Origin: an uncultured bacterium
Lineage (GTDB): Bacteria > Bipolaricaulota > Bipolaricaulia > UBA7950 > UBA9294
Length of the DNA stretch: 63,878 nt
Assembly (NCBI GenBank): GCA_913009415.1
Contig: CAJVYM010000001.1
Span: 1 to 63,878 of the forward strand
Reading direction: 5' to 3'
In this document: one piece after another, positions 28,608 through 37,682 of the stretch
Numbering within the stretch: the first letter of the stretch is position 1
Layout of the letters: every line of letters starts with the position of its first letter
Translations under genes and position numbers: made by a program
The notes under the pieces: generated by a model
Database searches by the model: none
Seen by the model: only the letters and a program-made list of their open reading frames with translations
Told to the model about the DNA's origin: nothing

Positions 28608-29642
28608 ATGCCAAGGCGAAGCGCAAAGGATGATCTTACGCGGGTGCAAGAGCTGGCCGCGTTCGATCAGAAGATCGCTTCATCCTTTCTAGCTGAGCGC
28701 ACTTTTGTAGCGTCGGGCGGCGTGACCGACGTTTCCGCGGGGGGGGTGGAGCAAATAACCAACGCTAACCCTCTCACCGCTCAATTATCAAATCTTTCCT
28801 TGTTGGCTGGCTTCGATGAGGCGGGTCGCGGCGCCCTTGCCGGCCCAGTTGTGGTCGGCTGCGTCCACTTCCCATTCTTCTCTGCAACTGCGCATCAATC
28901 CATTTCTGCGTCACCCTCATTGCATGATGCTCCTGTAGGTGCGTTCTTGGGCGTATGCGAGAACGTGGCAGACGAGCTGCCCCGCTACGAAATCGAAGCA
29001 ATATCTCTTGTAGCGTCGGAGCTTGTCTCCGACGTTTCCGTCACCAAGCGATCGAATGCTTCGCTCAATCACTCCCTCTCTCCGCGCCCCTCTTTCCTTG
29101 CCGACCTTTCCGGTCTCGACGACTCCAAACGACTGACCGCACGACAGCGCGAGGCACTCTGCCCACGCATCAAGGCTAGTTCCATGTGGGGAGTTGGAGC
29201 CGCCAGTGCTGGCGAGATCGACAAACTGGGAATCGTTCCCGCCGTATCGCTTGCGTCCCGGCGCGCCTATCGTGCAATGGGCATGAAAGTTGCGATATTG
29301 TTATGCGATCGGGGCATCACGGTGTTGAAAGATTCACAGGTTGAGCCAGTGGATCATTTGACAGCCCAAGCCTTGGAGTCTCCGACCATTGAATCACCCG
29401 ATCACTCAGTCACCCAGTCCCACGAATTATCCTTCACGCGTGGTGATTCTCGATCCTTTCACATCGCCGCTGCCTCCATCATCGCCAAGGTGAGGCGAGA
29501 CCAAATGATGGTAGATTTCGATAAGCATTTTCCTGGCTATGATTTTGCTAAGCACAAGGGATACGGCACCGCCACGCATCTTGCCGCCCTGCGTAAACTG
29601 GGCCCATCATCTATCCACCGTAGGAGCTTTCATGTGAAGTGA
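28608..29642 (+). CDS. rnhB: Ribonuclease HII with an N-terminal extension and two internal insertions
   Basis: GFDEAGRGALAGPVV, LDDSKRLTARQRE, HIAAASIIAKVRRD, KHKGYGTATH and HRRSF. The length is about 345 aa, against about 200 for typical RNase HII. Confidence 0.85.
   Translation: MPRRSAKDDLTRVQELAAFDQKIASSFLAERTFVASGGVTDVSAGGVEQITNANPLTAQLSNLSLLAGFDEAGRGALAGPVVVGCVHFPFFSATAHQSISASPSLHDAPVGAFLGVCENVADELPRYEIEAISLVASELVSDVSVTKRSNASLNHSLSPRPSFLADLSGLDDSKRLTARQREALCPRIKASSMWGVGAASAGEIDKLGIVPAVSLASRRAYRAMGMKVAILLCDRGITVLKDSQVEPVDHLTAQALESPTIESPDHSVTQSHELSFTRGDSRSFHIAAASIIAKVRRDQMMVDFDKHFPGYDFAKHKGYGTATHLAALRKLGPSSIHRRSFHVK
28707..28733 (+). repeat. Small palindromic element, copy 1 (inside rnhB)
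   Basis: T-rich lead, then GTAGCGTCGG-N9-CCGACGTT. Confidence 0.6.
29010..29036 (+). repeat. Small palindromic element, copy 2 (inside rnhB)
   Basis: GTAGCGTCGGAGCTTGTCTCCGACGTT. It matches the reverse complement of 34517-34543 at 26 of 27 positions. Confidence 0.65.
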
Positions 29643-29742
29643 GAGCAGGCTATCAGCAAGCAGCCATCAGCCTAAAGTTCCAAAGCTTGATATATGACCA
29701 CGCTGCGGCTAGTTCTTGTTCTAGCTGATAGCTGGCTGCTTA

Positions 29743-29771
29743 TTGACTCATTGGGCTTAAGAGCCTATACT
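29743..29771 (+). promoter_or_regulatory. Sigma70-like promoter of the SLH gene
   Basis: TTGACT, 17 nt, TATACT. Confidence 0.5.
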
Positions 29772-29806
29772 GCTTACCAATTCCTTTACGAGAGGGGGTC
29801 ATTACG

Positions 29807-30391
29807 GTGAAGAAGATACTGTTTGTCATCCTGGGTGTAGCGGTTCTCTCAACAGCCGTGGGAGTACTCGCTTGGGCGCAGACGGGAGACGGCCACGTAA
29901 CGCCGCCCAATGCCGGCGGCCTGTTTACCGACGTGCCAAAGAACCACTGGGCGTACGACGATCTGAAGTACCTGTCGGATCGGGGGATCATTACCGGTCT
30001 TCCCGGCGGAAAGTTCAACGGCGACCAAGCGCTCACGCGCTACTCTGCTGCGGCGATGATCGCGCGCGCTCTCAAGTACATGCAAAACAACCCCGAGAGC
30101 GTCACCCCGAAGGATCTCGACACGCTAAAGGACCTGATCTTCAAGGTCTCAGACAACCTGTCCACCCTGCAGAAGCAGGTAAATTCGCTTTCAGGAACCA
30201 ACGCATCGGCGCTCGAGAGCCGTGTTTCTCAGAACGCGCAGGCCATCTCTAAGTTACAGAGCCAAACGGCCAATCAGGGAACGACCAATGTCTCCAAACT
30301 GGAAAATCGTGTGAACGCTAATTTTATAATCTCATTAACAGCGTTATTAGTGGGAATTATTGGAGTGGCTCTGGCAACGATGGGCCTCTGA
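29807..30391 (+). CDS. SLH-domain, coiled-coil, C-terminally anchored envelope protein (Omp-alpha-like)
   Basis: A signal peptide, then the SLH motif FTDVPKNHWAYDDLKYLSDRGIITG. A heptad-like middle follows, then the C-terminal TM segment IISLTALLVGIIGVALATMGL. Confidence 0.8.
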   Translation: MKKILFVILGVAVLSTAVGVLAWAQTGDGHVTPPNAGGLFTDVPKNHWAYDDLKYLSDRGIITGLPGGKFNGDQALTRYSAAAMIARALKYMQNNPESVTPKDLDTLKDLIFKVSDNLSTLQKQVNSLSGTNASALESRVSQNAQAISKLQSQTANQGTTNVSKLENRVNANFIISLTALLVGIIGVALATMGL

Positions 30392-30407
30392 ATGTGATAT
30401 TTATCAC

Positions 30408-30436
30408 TTGACTTTGTCCCTTTTGCGTACTATGAT
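30408..30436 (+). promoter_or_regulatory. Sigma70-like promoter of the porin-like gene
   Basis: TTGACT, 17 nt, TATGAT. A GTGAT-N4-ATCAC inverted repeat abuts the -35. Confidence 0.5.
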
Positions 30437-30566
30437 GGTGATAGATCTAGTGGAGAGGCGGAACAACAGATAGTAAGGGGGTGATGACCAAAAACTGAAG
30501 TATGTGAGAGAGCACGCTTCTTGTCAAAAGCTTAAAAGTTTAAACCTGTAAGGAGGTAGTAAAAGA

Positions 30567-31781
30567 ATGAAAAAGGCTCTCGTACTCATCCTTGCTTTTT
30601 GCATTGGGTTTAGGAATAGTCGCATTTGCGGGCCCTCTGAGCGGTGAATGATCATCTAGCATTACCATTAACCGTCATTTACGGCATTTGATTCCACAAT
30701 TACGGTTGACTACACGGTCGGCGGTTGGACGTTCGAATCCTTGACGGGATTTATACTCACGGGTTGGGACACGCAGGAATTCACCGCCAACGGTGTCCTC
30801 GGTGCGTTCACCCTCGGTTCGGACCTTATCTTTGATCCGAGCGATGCTTTGTTCACTACATGGGACTCGACCGGCAGCGTCTCTATCGCTGGCGTTTCCT
30901 TTAACGGTGAGTTTCGGCTAAACGGCGATGGGACGCCGCTGACAGACTCCAATGGCTATCCGATCGGTGCTGCAAACGGCGCGGGTTGGTCGTTCGGCGC
31001 CACTGGTACGGCCGGGGACCTATCGCTCGGAGCGAACGTCTACTTCAACTCTGACTTGAACGCTTATGGTGTCCTTGAGGTCCAGACGTCTAGCGACTGT
31101 TTCTGTTTCTCGAGCGTAGACTTCACGGTCAGCTTCCCGTTTACCTGCATTGACCTCGTCACCGCGACCTTCGGCTTCTCGACGACCGGCTTTGATGGCA
31201 TCACGTTCGAGGCTACCGGCATTGCCGTTCCTGGCATTGCTTGGTTGACCTTCGATGCCGACCTCACATTTAACACCGGTAAGACTGGTAAAACACTGAC
31301 CATTACCCCGAATATCAACCTCGGTTCCTTCACGTGCGTTACCCTTTACTATTATCTTGACTACGCTGGCGGTACAACCGGTGGCGTTTCAGCCACTGGT
31401 GGTACTCTTAGTTCACCCTGGGATATCACTGGCATAAGCTTCTATGGCCTGGCCGTGACTCATACCTGGGGCGACGTAACGTTCAGCGATATCTCGCTGT
31501 TCGATCCTGTTTACTATGCCACGAACATTGATACTAGCTGGCCGAACACAGACTACTGGGAAGAGTTCTCCATCTCTAGCTCGGCAGATTCCTGCTGCGG
31601 CGGTGGGTTCAGCTTCAGCTTGGATACCTACTTCGCTTCCAACAGCAAGCTCTTTGACTGGGCGGAGACGGATGCCAGCATCAGCTACGGCCTCGGCTCT
31701 AACTTCACCGTTAGCACCGGCCTGAACGTCACCGATGCCGGGTTCACAACATGGACCCTTGGCTTCGACGTCACCTGGTAG
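30567..31781 (+). pseudogene. Beta-barrel porin-like protein (Omp-beta-like) with a disrupted signal-peptide region
   Basis: An AAGGAGG RBS and ATG 30567 encode MKKALVLILAF. The remaining signal peptide, ALGLGIVAFAGPLSGE, is in another frame. The long Gly/Thr/Phe/Asp-rich ORF opens at 30672 and ends ...TLGFDVTW. Confidence 0.55.
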
Positions 31782-31813
31782 TAAAAACTTAGCTTAAAAG
31801 AGCTTTCTTCTAG

Positions 31814-31843
31814 TGGGCCCCGATTCCTCGGGGCCCATTTTTT
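31814..31843 (+). terminator. Rho-independent terminator
   Basis: TGGGCCCCG-attcct-CGGGGCCCA followed by T6. Confidence 0.8.
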
Positions 31844-32014
31844 CCATTGCCCTGCGGTGAAAGGATCCTTGCCTCTGCGAGTGTCTGTGTGCTTCACCCG
31901 GTCTATTTGGATACTCGATTGTTGATAGCGGTAGATGAAAAAAAACAGCTTGTCCACTTTTTCAAATCCACTATCTTGACAGAGCAGGGGTGGTAATAGT
32001 ACATTAGTACTGTG

Positions 32015-34168
32015 ATGTATAGGAATAAGCGATGGCCAGGGTCTCACGTATTGACGGCGGTTCTTGTTATCCTGTTTTCAGCGTTGCTGGCCGTGTGTGT
32101 AGGAAGCGTTGTGCTGTCGCAGGATATCAATCTGGAGCCGTACGCAACGCTCTCTTTCACTAACGATATCGTTGGGATCACCGAGCAAGAATTCGATGCA
32201 ATACTCCCAGTGGATGTTTCGTTCTCGGTTGGAAGCGTGGATATCGGTCTCAACGGCAATCTGGATGCCGTTTCTAGCCAGACGAGACTCGATACGCTGT
32301 CTGTTCTGCGTGCTGAAGTTGCAGCTCTTCCGGCGAGCGCTCTCAAGGATGCTCTGAATCTGAGCCTTTCCCAGGCGGATGCTGCAATCGATACGATTAG
32401 AAACAGTGGTAGTGGAATCTCGATCGATGCACTGTACAATCAGATGAAGATCATCGAGAGCGCTCTTGACAAGTACTTCATTGATCTCGTTGATGACTCC
32501 GTAGATCTCCTACCGATAAGCAAGGCGAGGCTCCTTGTGATCGCTAAGCCGATCGAGCAACGCTACGACTACCTGAAGTACATCACAAATAAGATAAGGC
32601 TCTATGCGCGGGATAAAGTGAAGGCTGAGTTTGCCGCGCTCCTGCGACTGAGCGTGCTTGATCTTGCGGCTGGAGATGGCGCTGCGTATTGCAGTGGTCT
32701 ACTTGGGATCATTGCGCGCGCCTCGGAGTGCCGCGGGACGACGATCAAGGAGGAAGAGGCGGATCGGATCAGGTACAAGGCGGATTTGCTTCTGCGTAAG
32801 GTTGCAGAGAACGGGGTGAACAGGGCGTGTGATGTCGATCTCTCAACGACGATCGCTGGTATCGACGTCGACGGAGCACTCAGTTGGGAGGATGCGAACT
32901 ATCGTGCCCCGAGTAAGGACGTACACACCTATGGGCTTGAGGTTGCGGCAGGATACGCTAGTGACGATTGGGACGTTTCGATCGACTACCAGCAGGAGCG
33001 GCGAGACTACACCGATCGGTTGAAGGATAATGGCGATAGAACAAAGCATAGCTTAGATATTTCTGTCTCACGCGATCTTGATCCACGTAATGTCGACCTC
33101 TCCGCTTCGTTTGACGATGAGTTCTATCCAAACGATATCGACCAAGAGATCGAGGCGGCGCGGGTGACAGAAGTGCGTGTGGGGATTTCCGATCTCCTGC
33201 ATCGGGTATACGAGCTACACCTTACAGCTACGGTGGAGAATCGACTGGTGAAGGATCTGGGAGAAGATGGAGCATTGGGTGCGCTCGCCATCGAGGACAG
33301 AGGTGAGGCGGCGGACTGCCTGGAAGATTTCGTCGATCATCTCCTCGACGCAGAGTGGAATGGTGATATGGATCGTGACGCTTCGCAGTCATTGATCGCC
33401 ATAGCGCGCGAGCTCCTCCCCCGTCGGCGAATCTACGACATCGACATCCCGTTGTCTGTCGGGTTCCCATTTGGTGGCGGCGATATGACTGCCGACATCG
33501 AGTGGGAGCGCAAGACTTACCCCGCGGACAGCCCCCTCGATCACGAGACATCGACTGGAAATGTGAGCTACACCAGGGATGAGTCTGCGCTCACGGTGAG
33601 TGGCTATCTCAAGCGTGAGGAACTCATATATCCGCATGCGACAAAGAAGAATCGCTCCCTCCGGGAATGGGAGGGATCAGTCGAGAATGATTTATCCTGC
33701 GGCGACCTCACACTAACGCTCTTTCATCAACTGACGGCGTATCCACTAGCAAGGCTGAAAGATCAGTCGGTTCAGAGGCTCGATCTTGACCTGAGCATTG
33801 ATTTTGCCGACGTGAGCGCCGTCCTACAATGGACGAACAAGGTGACCGAGCACTTAAACGACGCAGGCAAGCCGATCGTGCAGGTGACAGAAATGGGCTT
33901 TAACGCCGATTGGGACGTCGCGCAAGGGACGCTCAGCGCATCCTTGAGCGATGAACGGGAATGGAACACCGACCATGCCGACACGAACACAATAGAGAGG
34001 ACTCTCGTCAAGGAGACGTATCAGGCTGAGCTTTCGTGGGACGGCAAGATAGCAGACGATCTGGACCTTGGCCTTTCCTTGACGTGGGAGAGCGTGATTG
34101 GCTTGGTGGATCCGAGCAAGGACAGTACCAACATCGCCCTTCAGATCCAACTTGACCTTGCGCTTTAA
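32015..34168 (+). CDS. Large secreted or envelope-associated hypothetical protein
   Basis: About 717 aa with an N-terminal hydrophobic signal/anchor (VLTAVLVILFSALLAVCVGS). The N-terminal half is helical; the C-terminal half is Asp-rich with alternating beta-like patterns. No family recognised. Confidence 0.75.
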   Translation: MYRNKRWPGSHVLTAVLVILFSALLAVCVGSVVLSQDINLEPYATLSFTNDIVGITEQEFDAILPVDVSFSVGSVDIGLNGNLDAVSSQTRLDTLSVLRAEVAALPASALKDALNLSLSQADAAIDTIRNSGSGISIDALYNQMKIIESALDKYFIDLVDDSVDLLPISKARLLVIAKPIEQRYDYLKYITNKIRLYARDKVKAEFAALLRLSVLDLAAGDGAAYCSGLLGIIARASECRGTTIKEEEADRIRYKADLLLRKVAENGVNRACDVDLSTTIAGIDVDGALSWEDANYRAPSKDVHTYGLEVAAGYASDDWDVSIDYQQERRDYTDRLKDNGDRTKHSLDISVSRDLDPRNVDLSASFDDEFYPNDIDQEIEAARVTEVRVGISDLLHRVYELHLTATVENRLVKDLGEDGALGALAIEDRGEAADCLEDFVDHLLDAEWNGDMDRDASQSLIAIARELLPRRRIYDIDIPLSVGFPFGGGDMTADIEWERKTYPADSPLDHETSTGNVSYTRDESALTVSGYLKREELIYPHATKKNRSLREWEGSVENDLSCGDLTLTLFHQLTAYPLARLKDQSVQRLDLDLSIDFADVSAVLQWTNKVTEHLNDAGKPIVQVTEMGFNADWDVAQGTLSASLSDEREWNTDHADTNTIERTLVKETYQAELSWDGKIADDLDLGLSLTWESVIGLVDPSKDSTNIALQIQLDLAL

Positions 34169-34516
34169 GGGACGGATAAGATACGAAACGTCGCACACAA
34201 GCCATGCGTGGCAGACTGTAGCGCTACAAAGTCACCATTTGCACAAGCGTTTACAAGCTTGAAATCAATACCGGCAAAGGCGACCAGCTGCTTTAGCTGA
34301 GCAAACTTAGTTATCGTGGCTGTTCTCGTAAATCAAAGTGTGAGTATACGACTGCAACTCCGCATGAATTACCGTTTCCCGCCCTCAGATCGTCATAAAG
34401 GCTCTCCGGCGGATATCTCCAGCTAGTTTTGGGGGGAGGAAAGCGGAGATTCACAGAAGCCAAATCAGCTTGTTGTCTGTACTGGCTACATGAGTTTCTC
34501 AAGGATCGTCAACTTC

Positions 34517-34543
34517 AACGTCGGAGGCAAGCTCCGACGCTAC
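34517..34543 (-). repeat. Small palindromic element, copy 3 (intergenic)
   Basis: The reverse complement reads GTAGCGTCGGAGCTTGCCTCCGACGTT, preceded by a T-run as in the rnhB copies. Confidence 0.65.
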
Positions 34544-34817
34544 GAAAAAAAGTGTAGCGCCGTACCCTTGCCTGCCTGTCCTTCGGATGGTGCAAGAACG
34601 ATGTATATCCGGAGATGAATGACTCAATGTGGCAGACGAGCTGCCACGCTGCAAGAAGCGGGTTTTGTGTAGCGTTGCACCTTGTGTGCAACGTTGTTCC
34701 TATGAGCACCGACGATTCCCAATCTGTGGAGCTTTCCACCGAATTTCCTTAACTTGAGGACGCGTTACTCACTCCAAACAGCGAGGAGCTAAATCGGGGC
34801 TTTGCTTCTCAATGCCT

Positions 34818-34840
34818 CGCAGCTTGCTGCGGTTTTTTTT
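34818..34840 (+). terminator. Putative rho-independent terminator
   Basis: CGCAG-CTTG-CTGCG hairpin, then G and T8. It lies 650 nt after the previous stop and 177 nt before metG. Confidence 0.5.
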
Positions 34841-35016
34841 CACTGGCGGAGTCAACTGGTCTAACAGGATGAGCGGCAAGTGGTGCGCAGCATGCCCCTG
34901 AATCCGATCAGATGGTTCGCTTCCTGTAAGCAATCCTTTCAAACTTGCGCCTTCGATAGAAGATAGCAGCATTTGAGGGTATAATGCGTTTCTAATTCTG
35001 CTCATTGGATGAGGTT

Positions 35017-36963
35017 ATGGACAAGAAACGAGTGCTGGTGTGCAGTGCGTGGCCGTATGCCTCGGGGGTTCCACACCTCGGGAACCTCGTCTCGTCGCTC
35101 CTTTCAGGCGACGTGTTCACCCGCTACTACCGCCTGCGTGGGCACGATGTCCTCTACGTCTCCGGAAGCGATGCGCACGGTACGCGTATCGAGTACGAGG
35201 CTAAGCAGCTCGGGATCACCCCGGCGCAGCTCGCCGAGAGTAACCACAAGAAGATACGCGTGGTGATCGATGGCTTCGGGATCGAGTTCGATAATTACAC
35301 GACGACAGAGTCCCCGGTGCATAAGGATTTCGTCCAAAAGATTTACCTGGATATGGAGAAGAACGGGTACATCACCACCAAGGAGGAGGATCGCGCGTAC
35401 TGTCGCAATTGTAAGGTCTTTCTTGCCGATCGGTTCATCTCCGGCACCTGTCCTCGCTGCGGTGCTCTCGGGGCGCTGGGAAATCAGTGCGACAGTTGCG
35501 GTGCGATGCTCGAGCCGGAGGAATTGATCGACCCTATCTGTAGTTTTTGCGGGAAGGGGGACATTGAGTTTCGTTCTACGAAGCATTGGTACCTTGATCT
35601 GGCCAAGCTATCACCGCAGTTGCAGGAGTACGTGAAGTCGCGTAACTTCCAAGGCAATGTCCAACAGTTTACGCAGCAGATGATCACGGATGGGTTGAAG
35701 CCGCGGGCGATGACGCGCGACATCGACTGGGGGATCCCCGCTCCGTTTGAGGGAGCTGAAGGGAAGGTAATCTACGTGTGGGGCGAGGCGGCGCTCGGGT
35801 ATGTATCGGCCGCGATGGAACACTTCGCTGGGAATGATGACTGGAAGGAGTTCTGGTTCGGCGATGATGTGCATCAGATCTACGCCATTGGCAAGGACAA
35901 CATCCCCTTCCACACGCTGATCTTCCCCGGGCAGCTCATCGCCTCTGGCCGCGGGTACCACCTGCCAGATCAGATCGCCGCTACCGAGTACCTGAACTGG
36001 ATCGGCGGTGACAGCTTCTCCAAGAGCCGCGGAGTGGGCCTATACTGCGATGACGCGCTTGCGGTGATGGACGCCGAGCTGTGGCGCTTCTATCTGCTGT
36101 ACAACCGCCCCGAGGGGCGCGATGTGAACTTCTCCTGGGAGGAGCTGGCGAAGGCGGTCAACGGCGTCTTCATCTCCAACGTGGCGAACCTGATTAACCG
36201 CGTGTTGTCGTTTGTGCAGGATCGCTATGATCGCATCGTTCCGGATGTCGACGTCGATAGCGAGGTGGCGAGCAGAATCGGCGAGGCGATTCATTCATAC
36301 GTGAAGGCTATAGCGCGAGCTAGCCTGAGCCACGCTCTGCGTGAAGCCTGTTCGCTTGCGGTCTACGGAAACGAGTACTTCCAACGGAAGGCCCCCTGGG
36401 CAACGAAGGATGCTGTTGCAGTAGGAAGTGCGTTCCATCTAGTGAAGGCGATGGCGATCATGCTTTCTCCGTTCGTCCCCCGCTATGCGACGAAGGTGCT
36501 TGAGATAATGGGCGTGGGGGAGGCGAGCTGGGAGGAAATCGATGATGTCCATAAAGGTGCGGCGATCGGATCGTCGCGCGTCCTCCTGGAGCGGATCGAT
36601 GTGGAGAGGATAAAGGCCGAAGTTGAGAGCCTTGCCCAGGAGCGGGTATCATTCGATGACTTCTCTCGCTTGGATATGCAGGTGGGGAAGATCGTCTCTG
36701 TGGAGGAGATCGCTGGGGCTGACCGCCTGTACCGGTTACAGATCGACGTTGGCAAGCGCACGCTCACCAGTGTGGCGGGGATCAGGGCGCGCTACTCAAC
36801 CGAGGATCTTATCGGTCGCCAGGTGGTCATTGTCGTGAACCTGGAGCCGACGGTGATCCGCGGCGTGAAGTCGGAAGCGATGCTCCTTGCTGCGGGGAAA
36901 GGAAAGGGGATCTCCCTCCTTGCCCCGGATCGTGATGTCCCACCGGGAAGCGCGATTGGCTAA
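35017..36963 (+). CDS. metG: Methionine--tRNA ligase with a C-terminal tRNA-binding domain
   Basis: PYASGVPHLGNL (HIGH-type), a zinc knuckle (CPRCG...CDSCG), FSKSRG (KMSKS-type) and a C-terminal Trbp111-like domain. Confidence 0.95.
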   Translation: MDKKRVLVCSAWPYASGVPHLGNLVSSLLSGDVFTRYYRLRGHDVLYVSGSDAHGTRIEYEAKQLGITPAQLAESNHKKIRVVIDGFGIEFDNYTTTESPVHKDFVQKIYLDMEKNGYITTKEEDRAYCRNCKVFLADRFISGTCPRCGALGALGNQCDSCGAMLEPEELIDPICSFCGKGDIEFRSTKHWYLDLAKLSPQLQEYVKSRNFQGNVQQFTQQMITDGLKPRAMTRDIDWGIPAPFEGAEGKVIYVWGEAALGYVSAAMEHFAGNDDWKEFWFGDDVHQIYAIGKDNIPFHTLIFPGQLIASGRGYHLPDQIAATEYLNWIGGDSFSKSRGVGLYCDDALAVMDAELWRFYLLYNRPEGRDVNFSWEELAKAVNGVFISNVANLINRVLSFVQDRYDRIVPDVDVDSEVASRIGEAIHSYVKAIARASLSHALREACSLAVYGNEYFQRKAPWATKDAVAVGSAFHLVKAMAIMLSPFVPRYATKVLEIMGVGEASWEEIDDVHKGAAIGSSRVLLERIDVERIKAEVESLAQERVSFDDFSRLDMQVGKIVSVEEIAGADRLYRLQIDVGKRTLTSVAGIRARYSTEDLIGRQVVIVVNLEPTVIRGVKSEAMLLAAGKGKGISLLAPDRDVPPGSAIG

Positions 36964-37020
36964 GGCGTTGAAAAGGGCGGTAGTCCCCGCTAAAATCAGT
37001 ACGACTGAGGTGTGAATTCT

Positions 37021-37335
37021 ATGTATGCAGTAATCGAAACGGGTGGTAAGCAGTATTTACTGGAGAATGGCGATCTGTTCGATCACGAGCTGATCGACGG
37101 CGTTGCGGCCGGCGAGACGGTCACCTTTGACAAGGTCCTTCTTGTTGTCGATGATGGAGAAGTTCAAGTTGGAACTCCGTATCTGGACGGTGTGAAGCTG
37201 GTCGGCGAAGTGCACGAGCAGGGACGTGGCGACAAGGTTATCGTCTACAAGTACAAGAGCAAGAAGGGGTACCGCCGAAAACAGGGGCACCGCCAATCGT
37301 ATATGAAGACGAAGATTACGGCGATCGAAGCGTAG
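37021..37335 (+). CDS. rplU: 50S ribosomal protein L21
   Basis: MYAVIETGGKQY... Confidence 0.95.
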   Translation: MYAVIETGGKQYLLENGDLFDHELIDGVAAGETVTFDKVLLVVDDGEVQVGTPYLDGVKLVGEVHEQGRGDKVIVYKYKSKKGYRRKQGHRQSYMKTKITAIEA

Positions 37336-37346
37336 AGGAGCAATAC

Positions 37347-37670
37347 GTGGGAGAGATCATCATTTCGCGCGATGAGCACAATCGCATTCTCGATCTGACC
37401 GGGCAGGGGATCGATGAGGACACTCCCGCTGGCGCTGCGGCGCTGCGGTTCCTGCAGGCGACCGTCTCTTCGATGACCGACTATCTGCATCTCGCACCGG
37501 ACTACTCGCTTGGAAAGCGGGTGCAGTTGTCGATCGATCGCAGTGCTCCTCACGTTAACCGTGAGATCGATGCGATAATGGAGACGCTTGTCATTGGATT
37601 GAGACAGCTTGCGGTAGAGTATGCACAGGATCTTGTCGTGCACGAAGCGACAGTAGGGATACAGGTTTAG
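37347..37670 (+). CDS. Prp (DUF464)-like protein between L21 and L27, apparently lacking the catalytic dyad
   Basis: It has the position and size of the ribosomal-processing cysteine protease. Where I expect GHA...(D)IVCAAVS, the sequence reads GQGIDEDTPAGAAALRF. Confidence 0.55.
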   Translation: MGEIIISRDEHNRILDLTGQGIDEDTPAGAAALRFLQATVSSMTDYLHLAPDYSLGKRVQLSIDRSAPHVNREIDAIMETLVIGLRQLAVEYAQDLVVHEATVGIQV

Positions 37671-37682
37671 CAAGGAGTAAGA

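Noticed and set aside
30649-30651. Reading the in-frame TGA of the porin-like gene as Trp or Gly (alternative genetic code).
   Set aside because: Many genes in the window terminate at TGA at the expected positions (for example sucD, folK and the GlyQ-like gene). Recoding would also not fix the two frameshifts.
34169-35016. A T-box or other known riboswitch leader for metG.
   Set aside because: I found no T-box consensus (GGGTGGTACCGCG-like) and no specifier-loop architecture. The terminator lies 177 nt upstream of the start, with a separate TATAAT at 34980-34985 in between.
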